A DNA stretch of 64,000 bases from Marsupella aquatica (GCA_973895155.1 OZ316891.1:8805875-8869874), one strand, 5' to 3'; shown: positions 12,393 through 27,500, counted from the stretch's first letter. Notes: generated by a model from the letters alone, not told the origin. Numbers and translations are program-made.

Positions 12393-12908
12393 CCATTGAA
12401 CTCGTTCCCCTCGAACTCCTCGTTCTCAGTCACTCGTTCGTTTGTTCCATTCATTGATTCATTGATTCACTATTCAGCCTACTCCTGTCCGAAGGTTGTT
12501 CTACTGTTCGCCATTGAAGGAGAGCTTTGCGCACAGCCACATTTAGATATCAGTCGTGAGGCATTCGATTCACCGACCAGAGAAGCTTTGCAGTGGTCTT
12601 GGATTTGTCCTATTACTGTCACCTGTCGCCCTCTTTCTGGATTGCTATATTGAAGTATACATTTTCTTTCTGTCTGTCGACTGCGGTGGAGTGGTCCGAA
12701 GCAGCATTTAAGTGGGCTGTCGTTTGTTCTCGGTGGATTTGCTGATTGGAGATCTGACATTGGGGCCTTTAGAGTACCATAAGACATCGCTCTTGACAAA
12801 AGATAGTGTGTTGCCATTCGATTTGCAGATTGGGGAAGTAGCTGTGATATATTGGTGCGGAGGTTTGTGGGAGGGTTGGGGAGTTGTGAAGAACTAGCGT
12901 GGACGGAA

Positions 12909-14440
12909 ATGGCGCATCACGGAAGGATTAACGAGGAATTCGAGGATCGTAACGCCGGATGTTCAGATGGGGAACCCGAGGAAGCGGGCCCAGGGGTGGT
13001 GGGAAAGATTATGACCACGTTCACCCACATGAAGGAGAGAGTTGCAGGACATGGCAGCACTCCCAGCACCCCAACCGGCGTCCAGGCGCAGCAGCAACAT
13101 GACTTCGAAGGGGTGCAGTCTCATCCAGATCCAGTCCACAACGATGCTGTGGGAGCTGCTCGAGGACCGGTCGGAGATGGCGTTGGAACAGCAGCGCCAG
13201 TTGGTGGTGTTTCCACAGGAGGGAGTGCTCGTTCTGTTGAAGCCGCTGGAAATTCCCCTAGAGGAAATGGGCATTTTATCCGGGACGCAGGAACCGCTGC
13301 AAGTCCTAAGCTTCCTCGCAAGGATTTAGGAGAGAGGATCATAGATAAGCTACCTGGCACTCACGCGAATCCTTACTCGGTAGGTATTCCTGACCCTCCT
13401 CAAGCTACGAATTCGTACACTGAGGGCGGCAATCAGATGGCTGTGCCAACTAGCCCTTCTGCTCGCGCCCCGTCGTCGCCGAGCCTTATTGGAAAACTGA
13501 AGAACATAGTGACCGGCCAAAAGCTATCACAGGGGACTGCCACCGAGAACGCCACCACTGGCACTGCAGGTATGCTCTCAAGTCATTTCCACGGATTCTG
13601 GTGTGCAGTAATTTAGAACCATTGCAGTATCTGAGAGTTGCAGTACTTGATACGAATTCTAGCCGAGCTAGGAGCTAGGAGCATGCTCATAACTTGTGAT
13701 GCGCCACTAGTTGTTTGCAGTATATGACAAATGCAGAAATGTGAGAGTTGCAGTCCCTGAGATGATGAATTGCAGTATTGAGATGAATTTTATCCGTCTG
13801 GGAGCCATTATCATGCTCATAACTTGTGATATACCTCAAATACTACAATTCGTCATCTCAAATCTTTCATCGCCGATCTAAACATCTTAGACGCTTGGTT
13901 TAGAGAGCCAGAGGAGTAACAAAATTGATTTAGCCTTTGGGGACCACTAGAAGGTTGTTTTGGACTGAATTCACCTCTACTGTATATATGATGGGAATGG
14001 ACTCATCACTCGATCACTTGTACGTAGGAACCACTGGAGAACAGCATCCGATGACTGGTGGCTATGTGCGAAGTCCCACAGACAAGGAGAAGTTGGGGCA
14101 CACAGGTCCTGATGCTGGATCTGCCGAAACATGGCCTTCTCGCAGCGTGCCCGACATAAGCTCCGTCCCTAGTGCTACTCGCACAGATGCAGGAGGCCAG
14201 CCAATTGAGGGACCAACACGGCCTGTAGCTGAGGATACCAAGAAGGACGGACTGATGATTAAGCTAATGGATAAACTCCACATCCATGAGAAGAGCTCTT
14301 CACCAAGAGCCACTACTCCTCATGTCGACACAGGCACACCCACTGCAACTACCGACACAAGGCCTTCGAAAGAAACAGGCTTACCTACAGGGGGACCACA
14401 GACCAGCATAGGCACAGCTACTGGTCCCAAGGAGAATTAG
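12909..14440 (+). CDS. Dehydrin/LEA-like hydrophilic stress protein, 2 exons (12909-13569, 14028-14440; 357 aa)
   Basis: A phase-1 GT..AG intron joins two ORFs in frame. The protein is G/T/P/S-rich and likely disordered, with K-segment-like motifs RKDLGERIIDKLPG, SLIGKLKNIVTG and KKDGLMIKLMDKLH. Confidence 0.7.
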
Positions 14441-15512
14441 CGTATATAATTATGCGAGTTCAAATTTTCCCGACAGTTGTTTTGGTTTTTTCAAAGGGAT
14501 GCTGAAGAGGCCTGTCCCCGGAACTTGTGTATAACGCTAGAGTTGACTATCATTTCGATTGATGGGGTTTTGTGATTTCTACACGTGTTCCCTAGGCATC
14601 TGAGTCGAGAGTGCACCCTTTCCCAATGTAGATTTGTATGATACAGTCTCTTGTCACTTGGAGCATTGTAAATAGTACTGGAAACCGATTTTCCGCATAC
14701 AAATGCCCCGTGTAGATTTGAAATTCAGCAAGGTTAAATTGTTGAATCTCCGTAATACTGGAATGAATATACTTTACATCTAAGTGGGCGGTATCAAGTA
14801 CCCCATTTTGGGTGTCCATTTCGAAGCGGACTAGCAGGCCATTGGCTTTTGACGCATATTGTTGGTCTTCCTCTCATCCCCTTCTTTTCGGTGAAAATTC
14901 TGTTGAGGCTTATGTGTTTGCATTGAACTTCTAGTTTTCATCAATTTCTTTCGTTACATCCTCGGCTCGAAATCTATCAACTACGGCTTTCAATTTCTGA
15001 TCGGTTTCAGAACTATGGAGGCCCTTCCTGACTATTGTGTACAAGTTTTCACCAGTCCTCTTCAGTAACATTTCCCAAACTGTCGGACATGATGGAGCTA
15101 GACATCGTTTTTCCAAAGTTTCCTCAACTGCGATTAGCCTCCTAGAACCAAAACTCAGTTGCTAGTGGGGATGACATGTACATGGTCAACCCTCTGGGTT
15201 TGTTATGGTCTCACGATGACGCTTGAGATCTCCGCCTTATTATAATTGTTTCAGATCTTGTAGTCAATGTTCATAACTTCATTGTCCTAATTAATTTAAT
15301 TTCCTGGGCCTGGGGAATTCAGACTGTAAGACCTCAACCGGCTGTTCTATATGTACAAGAGCCTACATCGAGATTTCAGACCCATCCATCCCGAAGAAGT
15401 GTAGCTTAGGCTGCGCGAGTCTCACCAGGAATATGCACCATGCAGTTGATTCCGATGGGGACTGGATCGATAATTTTCGCGGGGATTTCCGGCCAAATCT
15501 GCCAATATTTGG

Positions 15513-18500
15513 CTACTGAAGAGTGAAGTTTTCCTTATCTCTACCTACTTGGGAGCGGGACTCTGGTAACCCAAAGTAACCTCGCCCAATACTCAGATTA
15601 CGGGACAACTTGGACATCTCCGAAGCGGGGAACAACCGTGCGCGCTTTCTCTCCGTAACGCATGACGGCGACGCATTTGATGGTTTGTCACTCAGTGGCT
15701 TACGATACCCTGGTAAGCTGCTCTCTGCAGGAGTTGATTCAGCCCTGAAAGAAAATCTACCGCTGCTCGGAAACAAGTCGGAAGGTACAGATCTTGAAGA
15801 CTGCGACGTGGCCTGAGGCTGCATGGAAATTATCATCAGTGGGAATTCATAAAGCTACGACCGTGACCTTCAGCAAAAGCTTTAGTGACCTGAAACAGTA
15901 CGCAACCCGGTTAATTGATCTACACTTTGGTATGAACAGGCTTACCTTAAGCCTCTCCGGTCGGGCAGGCTTAGAGTTAGACACAAGAGCTTCTGCTCGC
16001 ATGGCAATTTTCTGGAGCTGTTGCGCAGATTCAAGCTCAGCTTTGGAGGCAGCAAGGTCTTTCTCAAGTTTCGCATTCTGAGCACGAATAGACCCGAGGG
16101 TCGTCTGTAAAAAGGATCAATCGGTAATGATTGTTAGTAATAATGTCTGCCATGGCAACAATCTGGTCTTATCTAGGGAGAAATATAATCCGCACGCTAA
16201 GTCTTTGTCGCAGACCTTGACGTGGTCAATGCCGAAGGACACATGCACAAAATAACATGCTTAAGAAGAATGAATGAGGATAGTCATCGTCATGCCTGAA
16301 GAGCGTTCAGAGTTGCATCTTTCCCTTTCACGATCTCCATAAGTTCCTGCCGGAGCCAAGTGCACCACACGCATGCCAAGTCAGATATTTTGTGACTTTT
16401 GTAGCAAGAGTTGCAATATTAACTAGCTGTGTATTCAGTTGAGCAATAGCTGGTTTCAAAGGGCCAACAGATAGGGTAGTCAGGTCTCCGGGAAGAATCG
16501 GGAATAGTGGACAGACTAGTGTTCAAGAGGAATCCCTGTAAATAGCCTTCGTTAAACATTCAAGTATGAAGGTAAATAAAGAAAATACTTAGCACACCAA
16601 TCGAAATGGTAAGATCCCTCTACCATCTCAGTTGTGAAATGCCGCAGTAATTTGCTACTATACCTGAGCCTTTTCGTCTGCTTTCTTTACTTGAGCATGA
16701 AATCTCTTGTTCTCTCGCACGATTTCCCGCACTCCAGTTTCTTGCTCGGGAGTTAGCACTCTGGTTTTCAAAAGTTTGATCTCTTTCTCATAGTTGTCGC
16801 ATAGAGCCCTGCATACAGAACATTTGAAGTAAACTAACAGAAAACTCGACCGTGTCTGAGACATTCACAGCGGAAGTACAAAAGTCGCTCTGTTAGTTCA
16901 ACTCGGGAAAATGAAAGGACCTTACCTGATGCTTTCAAGCTCAACTTCAAGATCTATCACCTCCATCTTTTTGCCGGCCAACTTAGTCTCCAGTTTTTTG
17001 GCCTCATTGTTTTGAGTCTTCATTTGCTTTATAAACCTTTGCAAACTTACTAAGTTCCATTCGTCAACTCCTACAAACCCAGCTTTCCGCAAAAGGCTTT
17101 TAAGCTCTTCAAGTTCCCATTCTGATTCTTCCCATTGATCCTCGAACATCTCTAATCTGCCTTTTGTTTTATCGAGGGTATCGTCGAGCACTGTATTTGT
17201 ATAAAGCAACCTTTCATTTTCCTGTTGTTTGCACAGCGTGAAATCATTAGTATCTTTTATCAAAAAACTTATGGAGCAATCAATCAGATAACTGTCTGAT
17301 GTGAATATCCACCATGCACAAAAACCAAATTATCCATGGAGGTGAGACGAGTCTGCGTGCTTTCTCCACTCCACTTTTAAAACAGCAAGGGAGAGAGTGA
17401 GTCCGACACAGTTGACACTAAATCCAAAGTGTGGAAACTAAGGTCGCAACCGTCAGTAAGAGTAGAAGGATGAAAATTTCCCAGGGTAGGCAGCAGATGA
17501 GAATTGGTCTGACGTCCTGGCTGTCCTTGTCTCCAATGAACATAAACAATGGACTGAACAGAGCCTACACAGCTAATCGCGCATAAATCCATCTGCAAAC
17601 GAAGAGACCCACCATTGATAGCATCTGCTTTTCGTCTGTGGCGGTCGAGAGTTTCATAGTACATTGTTGCAGTTCAAGTCTAATCTGCTCCAGCTGCGAC
17701 AGTTCGGACAACCTGCAAAACGAGCCAGATATGGTCAGGAAAATGGACGAACTACCTGTTGAGCATTAGACCCTGTATTGGGTGGACAAATAGGATCGAA
17801 GCTCCAGAAACCAACAGGATTGCTCTTTTTAAAGGAACAACGTGACATGAACGACAGCTAGGCTACGGCACGCATTAAAAGAGAGATCTTAGTCACCATT
17901 AAGAAATGAAACGAACCTCAACTCTTGTTCCTGCTTTTCAGCTAATGCAAGTTGTTGCTGAAGCTCTCCACATTGTTGTTGAAGGTCTCTACATTGCTCT
18001 TTGCAGGAATTCAGCTCTATTTCCAACTCCTTCAGCTGCTTCGAGAATGTGCCCAAGTTAGAGAAAAACCGCAAGTATATGAAAGCTGTGTATTCTACTT
18101 TGCGCTCGGCCAGTATCCTGTAGTTCAACAAGTGTTCAAGACTGTAATGCAAGGCATTTCATCCCACCGAGGTGCACCGAAATATAGCCGTAACAATTCC
18201 GAATTATGTTAAAATTCGTCTTTCAGTCATCACACAAGGGTCAGCCAGGCCTAACTACGTAGACAAATAATGAGAGTCACGTCAGAGAATTTGGGCGAAA
18301 TGATACATGGAGCAAGCGACAATATTGCAGCCGTGCTTACCTTCTGGAGTTCTTCAGTGAGCAGGACAAAGTCTCGATTAAGAGTCTCGCACTTTTCCCT
18401 GCTTTCTTGTGCTTGAGCAATCAGTTCAGCCTTTTCCCTCTGAAAGCTTATATGTGCATCTAGAAGTTCCTGTTCACAACATGTTACCGAGGTTTAGGGT

Positions 18501-21500
18501 TATAACCCGGACTGATTAAAAAAACTCCGACTGACAGGCATCATTGAAAATATTTTCTTAACTATACAAGCAGTATACCTCAACAATATCCTCCTTTTCT
18601 TTGGTAAGAGCAGTTACGAGAGCCGTCGTTTGCCCGTCGCTTATCTGTAAATTTTGTTTCTGCCAAGAGCAAACAAAGTTGGAGAAATCACGAGACAGTA
18701 CATGACTGAATGATATTGATACAAAGCATGACAGTTCATCTCCGAGACCACCAGAACATAGCTTTCCGGATAAGACTTTCACATCGAGTTAGAGTGATGA
18801 TCTACAAGAGTTCAAAGCACAAAGTTCACAACAGTCCAGCAGAATGGACAAGCCCATAAGTCATCTGTCTATTCCCAGGTACGTACCAGTCCCTCAAGCT
18901 CATTCCTGGAATTCTCCAGTTCATTGGAGGTTGTCTTGTACTGCTCGTTAACAGCATTGACATCACTCTGGAAACGTTCTAAAGTCGCAGAGATAGCATC
19001 TTTTTCACCTTTCATAGAACCTAGAGCTCTTTCCAACTCAACCAACTTCTCATTGGAGTAGCCTTCAGCTTCCGCCATGGCAAATTCAAGCTTCGCGTAG
19101 GATTCCTGCAATACTCATATTGAAAAATATATCAGAGGTGGATCACTCAAGCCAGCATTTGCTGGATATGCAGGACCTTAACATCGAGAACACCATCATT
19201 TTCAGGACATGTCTAATTTTGAATATCGGATAACAGATTTTCTAGACGTCACCCTAGCTGCCACGAAACTGCAGACAGGATCGATGAGCCAACGGGAGAA
19301 ATATGTTCCGTGCCATGCTAGCTAGAGCCTCTTGTACAAGAACACGAATTTCAGAGCTGAAGCACTTACATGTGATTGACTTAGCTGATAGGTAAGCTTT
19401 TCAACTTCCTCGGTCTTCAATTGCAAGGCAAGCTCGACGGAGCTAAGTTGATTCTTTGCTTTATTGACATTCAGGGCGATTGACTGACGTCTTTGGTCGA
19501 CAACGGAGTCCCGTCGACTAATGTCACGTTGGAGAGAATTACTCTGGCGCAATTGCTTCAACTCTCGTTCCATGTTCACCTTCTCTGTCTGGGGTAACCA
19601 CGTAGTTGCAACTGACGGTCAATTGCGCGAGTTTTACTAGAATATCAGCGTACCATAGACATCGTGCAAAAGGAAAGCTGCCAAGTCAAATGCCTCACGT
19701 ACCTCCAATGCATTCTTATCTTGAATTGTTGTCTTCAATTTTGCTTCAATATCCTTCATTTTGGACTTAGTTTTCTCCAAATCTCTATGCAAAGAGTCCG
19801 TCTCTTTCAATAATGCCGCTGGCAGAGTCTTCGCGGTAGCAAGTTCCTTACGAAGCACAGCAGCTTCAGCTCGATGGTTTTGGCAACGTTGTCGCCAGCC
19901 CTGGAGATGAGCAGGTCAGGACTCCAAAGGTACAAATGAACGAAAGTAGCTACAGATTATGGGGACCCGAAAGGGCAGTGGAATCAGAACCTCTTCCAGG
20001 AGGGAAACAATTAGCATCCCTCGAAAGCATCAGATTCATCGATCCCAACCAAAAATAAATGCTTTCTGATTCAAAGTTTTACGAGGTCAGCTTAAGATCC
20101 AGCTTAATATTTTCTTACTTCTATCTCTTCGAACGCGTCTGCTGCCGCACCTCCGAAATCTTGCAGCTGGCTCTCGAGCTCACCAACCGTCCTGGTCAAC
20201 GTATTCTGAGCACCAATTATAGGACAGTAGTCAATTTTCTTGAGAAAATTCAACGACAAGAAAGGTAAAACATCCTCTATCTCGTAGCAAGTAACATGAC
20301 ACAAGCTGTGCTAAAGACAGCGAAATGACGCATGAGACCTTCTGCTCTTCAACATCCTTCAGTCTATTGTTCAGCCTGCCCTCCTCTTCCTCAACAGCTT
20401 TGAGTCTATTGTTCAGCATGGCGATCTCGTCGAGCTTTTGAGACAATGACGAATTCAAATCAGAAACCTCTTTCTGGGCACCGGCAAACTCTTCACTTGT
20501 CGACCGCAATGCTCTCGTCGTGTTTTCCAATTCCACTGTCAGTCTCTCTACATCAGCCAACCTCTCTTCGCTTACTTTCATCCACAATTTCCTGTCATCT
20601 TTGACTTCTTCCGCAGAGGATTTGAGGCTGGTAAGCTCTACTTCAAGAGATGCCTCTCTGGATGACAGTCGATCTACTTCCTTTTGCGACTGGAGCACAT
20701 CTGAGTGAAGAATATCAACCCTGTCCTCGAGAGCCTTCTTCTCAAGGATCAGTCTCTCAACTTCAGGCACAAGAGGTGACATCTCTTCTCCTTCCTCCCT
20801 CACGTTATTGCTTTGTTGCGAAGACCGAAGTTTTCGTGCAATGGTAGCCATTTCTGCTCTCCTACTATCTAGATCACTCTGTGTCTGCTCCAATCTTCTT
20901 GACAGTAAATTTTTCTCATCTTCTGCCGATTGCAGAGTTGACTTCGTATGACGAAGGTCCTCAGAAAGTCTAGATTCCCTACGCATCAACCTTTCTTCTT
21001 CTGAAGCAGCCTGCTTGATTGCAACAAGAAGGGTCTCTACTTCCAAGATGAACATCGTACCATTTGCTCCAGAAAGCTCAGAAACATCGTACTGTTTGTC
21101 ACACTTTTCAAACCCAGCTGCGGCTTTGATTGCAAGCTTCTCTACAACTGTCTCAAGCCTACCCAGTTCTTCAGTTGCCACCTTGGAGGCATTCATGTAC
21201 TTACTGCGTTCCTCCTTAACTGCCTGTAAGGCAAGCTTCAAATTTTGAACCTCTCCACAAAGACCAGATTCTGTAAGCTGAGATTTTTGCTTTTCCACTG
21301 CCGCCGACTCTGATTCGCTTTCAGCACGTGCTAGAGACACACTTAGACTGCTATTTTCCTCTCTCAATCTGGATAGCTCTTTTGCAATCCCGTCCTCTGG
21401 GTTACGGTTACCTCCAGAGAATGAACTCTTTTCACCTTCCATCGTCTGAAGGCAGGTCGTCAGGTTGTCAAGCTCCTCTCGAATAACAGCTTTCCGTAGC

Positions 21501-24500
21501 AATAAGCTCTCTTTCTCTGAAGAGGCATGCTCGATTTCTGTTTGAAGACTATTCATAGCGGAAAGCAGAGTCTTCCTTTCTCCCTCTCCGTGTAAGTGTG
21601 TTTCGAACAACGAAATCCTTTCATCTTCCATCACCTGAATGCAAGACTTCAGGCTCTCCAGCTCATCCCGAAGGGCATCTTTCCGTAGCAATAACCTATC
21701 TCGCTCTGAATGAACATTCTCGATTTCCATGTGAAGACTATTTACAGCGGAGAGAAGAATGTTTCTTTCCTCCTGTAGGTTTGGTTGAGTCAAATGGCTC
21801 TTTGCATGTTCCATCTCCTGGAGGCAGGTTTTCAGGTCCTCCAGCTCGACTTGAACAGTAGCTTTTCTTAGTAATAAGCTTTCTTTCTCACGAGCGGCAT
21901 GCTCAATTTGTATGTGAAGGTTATCCACGGCTGAATCCAGTATGTTCCTATCTGCCGCTGAGCCTGCAGTACTGTTTTCAAGGACAAGATCGGTACGCAA
22001 GCCTCTGGCACCTGCTAGGCATTCCTGCATAGAATATCACCATAGATATCTTTCAGATGCATGCGAAGGCAACGGAAGAGCTCTTCTACAATTTGCTAGA
22101 CTGAAGTTAACAGTAGCTCACGGAAAGGAAACTGCTATCGAACAGAAGTGTTGGCTGCAACTGACCAATGCGACGAAGTACCAGAGAAATGTACAAGGAA
22201 GTTGAGTGCAAGAATGTAAATGACCTGAAATGCTTTAACATGAATTGTGATAAATTGCAAGCTTTCATTCATAGACGACTGTATTCCACCAAATGGTTTT
22301 CTTATGTCATCCACTTCGGTCTTCAGATCCTCCAAGGCAAAAGACAGCTGCGAGTAGAGAACTTCATTCTCACACTTCTCCACCTACATGATTGGTTTCA
22401 AAATGTAAGGCTTCGATAGTGACGACAGCTGAAGCTGGCAAATCTTACATACAACAGAAGCAGTGCACAAAGTAGAAAAATGTTATATTCTTATTTGGCG
22501 AACATACTGAACTGTAAGGCGAGATGGTAGGCTTACATCGGTCTAGCCTACCATCGGTCTAAACAACAGAATGATATGTGACGACTCTTATGACATACCA
22601 ATTGTAGACAAGGACAAAATGTGGATAAAGTGGGGTGTTCTGAACGAGCAAAGCGTAGAAATCTCAGAAGTAAAATGCGTACATACCTGGAGTTGTTGGA
22701 CCTCCTGCAGTGTGGTGTCTAATTGAGTGTTCAACTTTGCACAAGTTTCCTTTGCCAGATTCAATTCTTCATAAACCTTTACATCAATTTACAAGATTAA
22801 GGTTCACGAACTTTTACTAAATGAAGGTAACTATGGCTTTGCACCAGACCAGGAAATCTTAAAACCAAAGGTAACACTGCTGACAACGACCTTTAATTTC
22901 AAGGCGCAAAAGCCACTCAAATTTCGGGCTCTATATGGATATACAAACCTCTTCTAGATACTGTCTCGACATATCAGCCTGCTCTCTTGCTTGGTCTTCG
23001 AGTCTCTGAAGCTCCCGTCCCATGTATAACTTCTCTGTTTCTAGTCTTCCAACCTGAATGCGCGACACCATATTGTTGTTGGCACCAAATATCACAATGG
23101 TGACGCGAAGTAAACTGTCTTAGAAGGTGCTTAGTAGAGATGGAGCACTTGCATTTTGTCGCACAAAATTTTTTGGTTTGTAGAAAAACTGGACATAATC
23201 GAGGAGACTGATTGTAGTAATGCACCTGGGCACGAAGTTGCCGTATCGTTGCCAAAAAATCACTTTCTTTCGGGCCCTTATCAGAGTCTTGAACCTTCTT
23301 GTGGCCGTTCTTACTAGCATTGCTTTGATTCAGTTGAGTTTGTGCCAAATCCGTTTTGAGTTTCCCGATTTCGCTATCCTTCTCACTCATCTATTACAGA
23401 AGAAGTGTGTCAATAAAGACAAGCCAAATTATCGTAGACACACGGTAGTATGACGTTCCTATATAGTAGGTCGTTATTGAAACACAAAAATATAAGAAAT
23501 TGAACTGATGCAGTACACATGAGAAGGAACTAATGGCCCAGAGAGGGCATGTGCAAATCCAAACTTCATCCCGAAAATGAGCCAAAAGCACTAGGTAGAC
23601 CAAGCAAACAGCTTCAGAAAGGTCTGGCGGACGCTAAGGAAGGTAAGTACCCACTTTAATAACATGGTCGAGTTGCAGTTTGTCATACTCTCCTTGGAGA
23701 TCCAGGAGTTGTTGCTCGAGCTACAGAAACAACCACAGAGATGGGATCAGTTTCAATCCGAAACAAAGGCTCGATCTGAATGTACAATGAGTGCAATGAT
23801 TGGGGTTGAAATTTAATAAATATCATGGAACCGCCAAAAATTCAAATGGAAGACTGAAATCCAGTGCTTGAACTGTGAGGTCGACGTCTGATCTAAAGCG
23901 ACGTGCCGGACTAGTCAAACCCAGCACCTCATTTCCCACAATCCAATCATTCGATGATCGCCTCCTTCTGTTAGCAACTGATGATTTGGGTCCAGGTTCT
24001 GGGAGCGTGAACCCATCATTCATACTCAGGTTGTCTTGGAAGTCCTCATCAAACGAAGAGCTCGTTCCCCTCGTGAACATGTCCTCGTCTTCCTCCATAA
24101 ATACTTCGAATGGAGGTGGCAGTCCGAACGATCGGTCTCTTCTTACGTGAACAGGTAACTCGGAAGGCGTAGTCTTTGGCATTTTTGGTACATCTGTAAG
24201 CTGCAATGACGACAGAAACAAAATAAATATATTCTCAATAAACCTTGAAAACAGACGCTGTGGCCATATTGCAATATGTTGAGGAAAAGTAAAAGGGAGC
24301 GGGAAAACATTTAATATACCACAAGAGGGAGGAGTCCGGACTGTGGTCTTGCACACCAAGTTTCTCGACGATTGTTCTGAGATAAAGCCAGACAAATTCT
24401 CAATTAGGAAAAAGCAGCATGAACAAGCGTATTCTACAATTTACAGTCTCCACAAGTTATTTGGTCATCGAAACCCAAAAGACAGACCAGCAGCGAAAGG

Positions 24501-27500
24501 GCAAAGGCTGACAGTTTAGTCGTTCATAGCATGTCCACTTCGATTTGGTGTACCAACCCGAGGATATCCAGTAGTTATATCTATCCAGGATGTTGAAATT
24601 CAAATCAACTCGATTATGTGGCCTGTCAGCTAGAGAACTCAAAATCTGAAGGGACAGAAGGTAACAACCCTTTTGCTGCGCTTCTCAAACTCACGGTCAT
24701 CAACTGCAGAATTGATGACCATTGTACTGAGATTTTCGATTTTTTGCTGCTGTTCTTTGATTCGGCGTTCCTTCTCTGCTTGTGCCTTCTGAACCTCTTG
24801 CAATTCCAAAGCCATCCGTTCCCTATCCAGTTCCGTCTTCAAGAGCTCAACAAGAGGAGAGAAGTCAGTGGCTTACATCAAAGTGCTTTGGGCAATGGCA
24901 CTTCTCAGGTCCCTTCGGTAGCCTGGTCAAACGATTGCATAACAACTTTACGTGTGTATTCTGCACGCAGAAGTAGAGAGTCCACGCAAATCTCAACGAT
25001 ATATCTTTACTAAAAGATAAGAAAGAAAGCAACAACCAAAAGATAAGAAAGAAAGCAACAAATATTACCTTTAATAGTTCATTTCGAAGATTCAGAATTT
25101 CTTCCTGGAATTGCTCCGAAGGCGACTCTTGGTTCTACGCAAACAGAATCGAAAAGATTAAATAAAATCCGAGAAACCAAACCTATCAAAATGGACGTGA
25201 ACTAATAGGGCCAAGCTTCTGCCATTATAGGTGTCTATTCACAGGATCTTACTTGAAGCTTGTGTAGTAGCTCAGCAATTTCCTTTTTTTGCCGCTTGAG
25301 CAACGCAGCGTCGGTGACTATCTGCAAATTTTCGACAACAGTGAGATACGCCCAGTACTTACGAGAAGCACGAGTAATCTATGTTCAGTATTTATGGATG
25401 GGTGGAATCTGAAAGCATGGAGATCGTACCTCATTCACTTGAGCACAATTCGTGACTCGAGTTGCTCGGCTTGCGAATTGTAGTGTACCTTTGGTTTCAT
25501 CGACATGAACCTGCAAGTCGTACAGAAAGTTAAGTTATCTTGATTCGTATTTCCTCGTTACTTCAGACATACTGACGGAAAGAGGCATCTACATAGCAAG
25601 TAGTAACGTTCATGCAATCTCAACCATTCGACAAAAGGTCGAAGCAGGAGGAGATAATCATACCAAAGCAGGGGTGATGTTGCATATAATTACAGTCCTG
25701 GCATTTCCACCCAAGGCTGGCTGCAAAATTCGTGTCAGTTTGCTGTCACGATATGGGACATGACCTCTGCATCCACCGATGGAGCCACGATCAATTGACG
25801 GGCCAACAATAGTACGAGGTTGGGTACTTCCATGTCCAGCACAGACAGAAAGACATATCAATGGCAATGAAACTCCAGTGCTCACCCTTGCTTTTCAATG
25901 CCTTCACTCAATTTGTTGATGACATTTCCAAGCGTCATCAGACTCTTGTTGATGTGTGTTCCTTCTTTCAATCGAGCACCTTCTGCTCCAGTTTTGGCGA
26001 CCCTTTCTGATCCTGCTAGGTCCACCAGATTCTGCATTGTTCATCGTCAAATGTCTATCCTAACACATTTTGCGTGATGTATAGGATCCAGGTATTCAGA
26101 TATAGGGACACAGACAAATCAACCCATAAAATCGATGGCAAAGCCTGCAAGTCAGAGGACTTTGGGCACATCAGCCAAAGTACAAAGGCTGGGCATGCAG
26201 GGAAGTACATCTCAGCAGCTTAACTGCAAAACACTCTGTTTTTTGAAAGACTCAAAAACACGAAGGCAACACCTGGAAAAGCGTTTTCCGAGGGGAACGT
26301 GTATTTGAGAGTATTGTCAAATCCGCTGTCTGATAAAATACACAAGAAATTTTCCCACAATTGAACGGCCAAGGGTATAAATACCGTACCAAGTGAGAAA
26401 CTCGAACAGGGTCACTATTTTGCAGGATCTCCCGATCTTCAGAGTCATCTTGGTCTTGACTTCTGTCCCTACTCTCTATCACCTGGTCTCGCAAGGACAG
26501 CAAATGGACCTTTATAAGCACTACTAATTTCATATTTTACTCATCACCCTGTGAGGGTCAATAACAGATGCTCACTGAATTAGTGAAAACGTCTATCCTG
26601 CTGGTTTATAAGGCTTTCAGGGGACCGCGTAAAACCGTTAAAACTGCTAACTCTTTCTGCGAACAGTACGAGAGCTTTTCAAAATAGCACGGGACACTCC
26701 ACAGTATCTAACAGGGAACACAAACTGAAGGATGTTCAAATGCTATGTATCTCTATACCACCAAATTGAAGAAAATTCCTTCCTATAAAGCCTAATGAAA
26801 TATAAAACACATGGATGGTTCAGAATCTCTTTACCATGCGGAAAATAGTGTGAGACCTACTGCTGTGTACATTCATATTTGTCTCCCCCACATGGCGATG
26901 AGCTGCGCAGGATGCCAAAACGTTAAACACGTTGTCAAACTCACTATGGGAAGATGATGCGGGGTTTTCAGGTGACTTTGGGTGGTGCTGAGTTCCTTTA
27001 TTAACTACTACGGCCATATCTTCACTTGCAAGTCGGCAATCCACCTTCACTACTTGAAGCAATAAACAATATTTCCGGTTTTCTTATGAAGTACATCGCA
27101 CATTGTCGCTTAATGAGCCGGAAGTACCTTCTCCTCTAGCCATGAGGGCGAGGACGTGTTCCGGACTATCGACAATTTCTTCCTGCAGACCTGCAACGAA
27201 AATCCCCCGCTGCATAATATTCCGTGTTATTAATCTTTGTCATATTTTATGTTGACCCAACAAAAATCTTGCATGACATCTGCGTAAGAGGCTATAGGGT
27301 GTTAAAGGTAAACCTACGATGCAGATCTGCTGACATTAGGAAAACTTTAAGTCTTAACATGAAACTTTCATTTAGAAAGTCACGATACCTCGGAATTCTC
27401 ATGAATCTGAAGCTTGCAATTCTCTGGAGACAACAGATCCTTGATCTCTTCGTTGTAAATCTCCATATAGGACACCCTGAGAAGAAATTCTCGATCTTTG

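Noticed and set aside
12017-12653. Overlapping repetitive ORFs, including a collagen-like G-x-y frame
   Set aside because: These are explained by the stop-free 9/18-bp minisatellite; there is no independent coding evidence.
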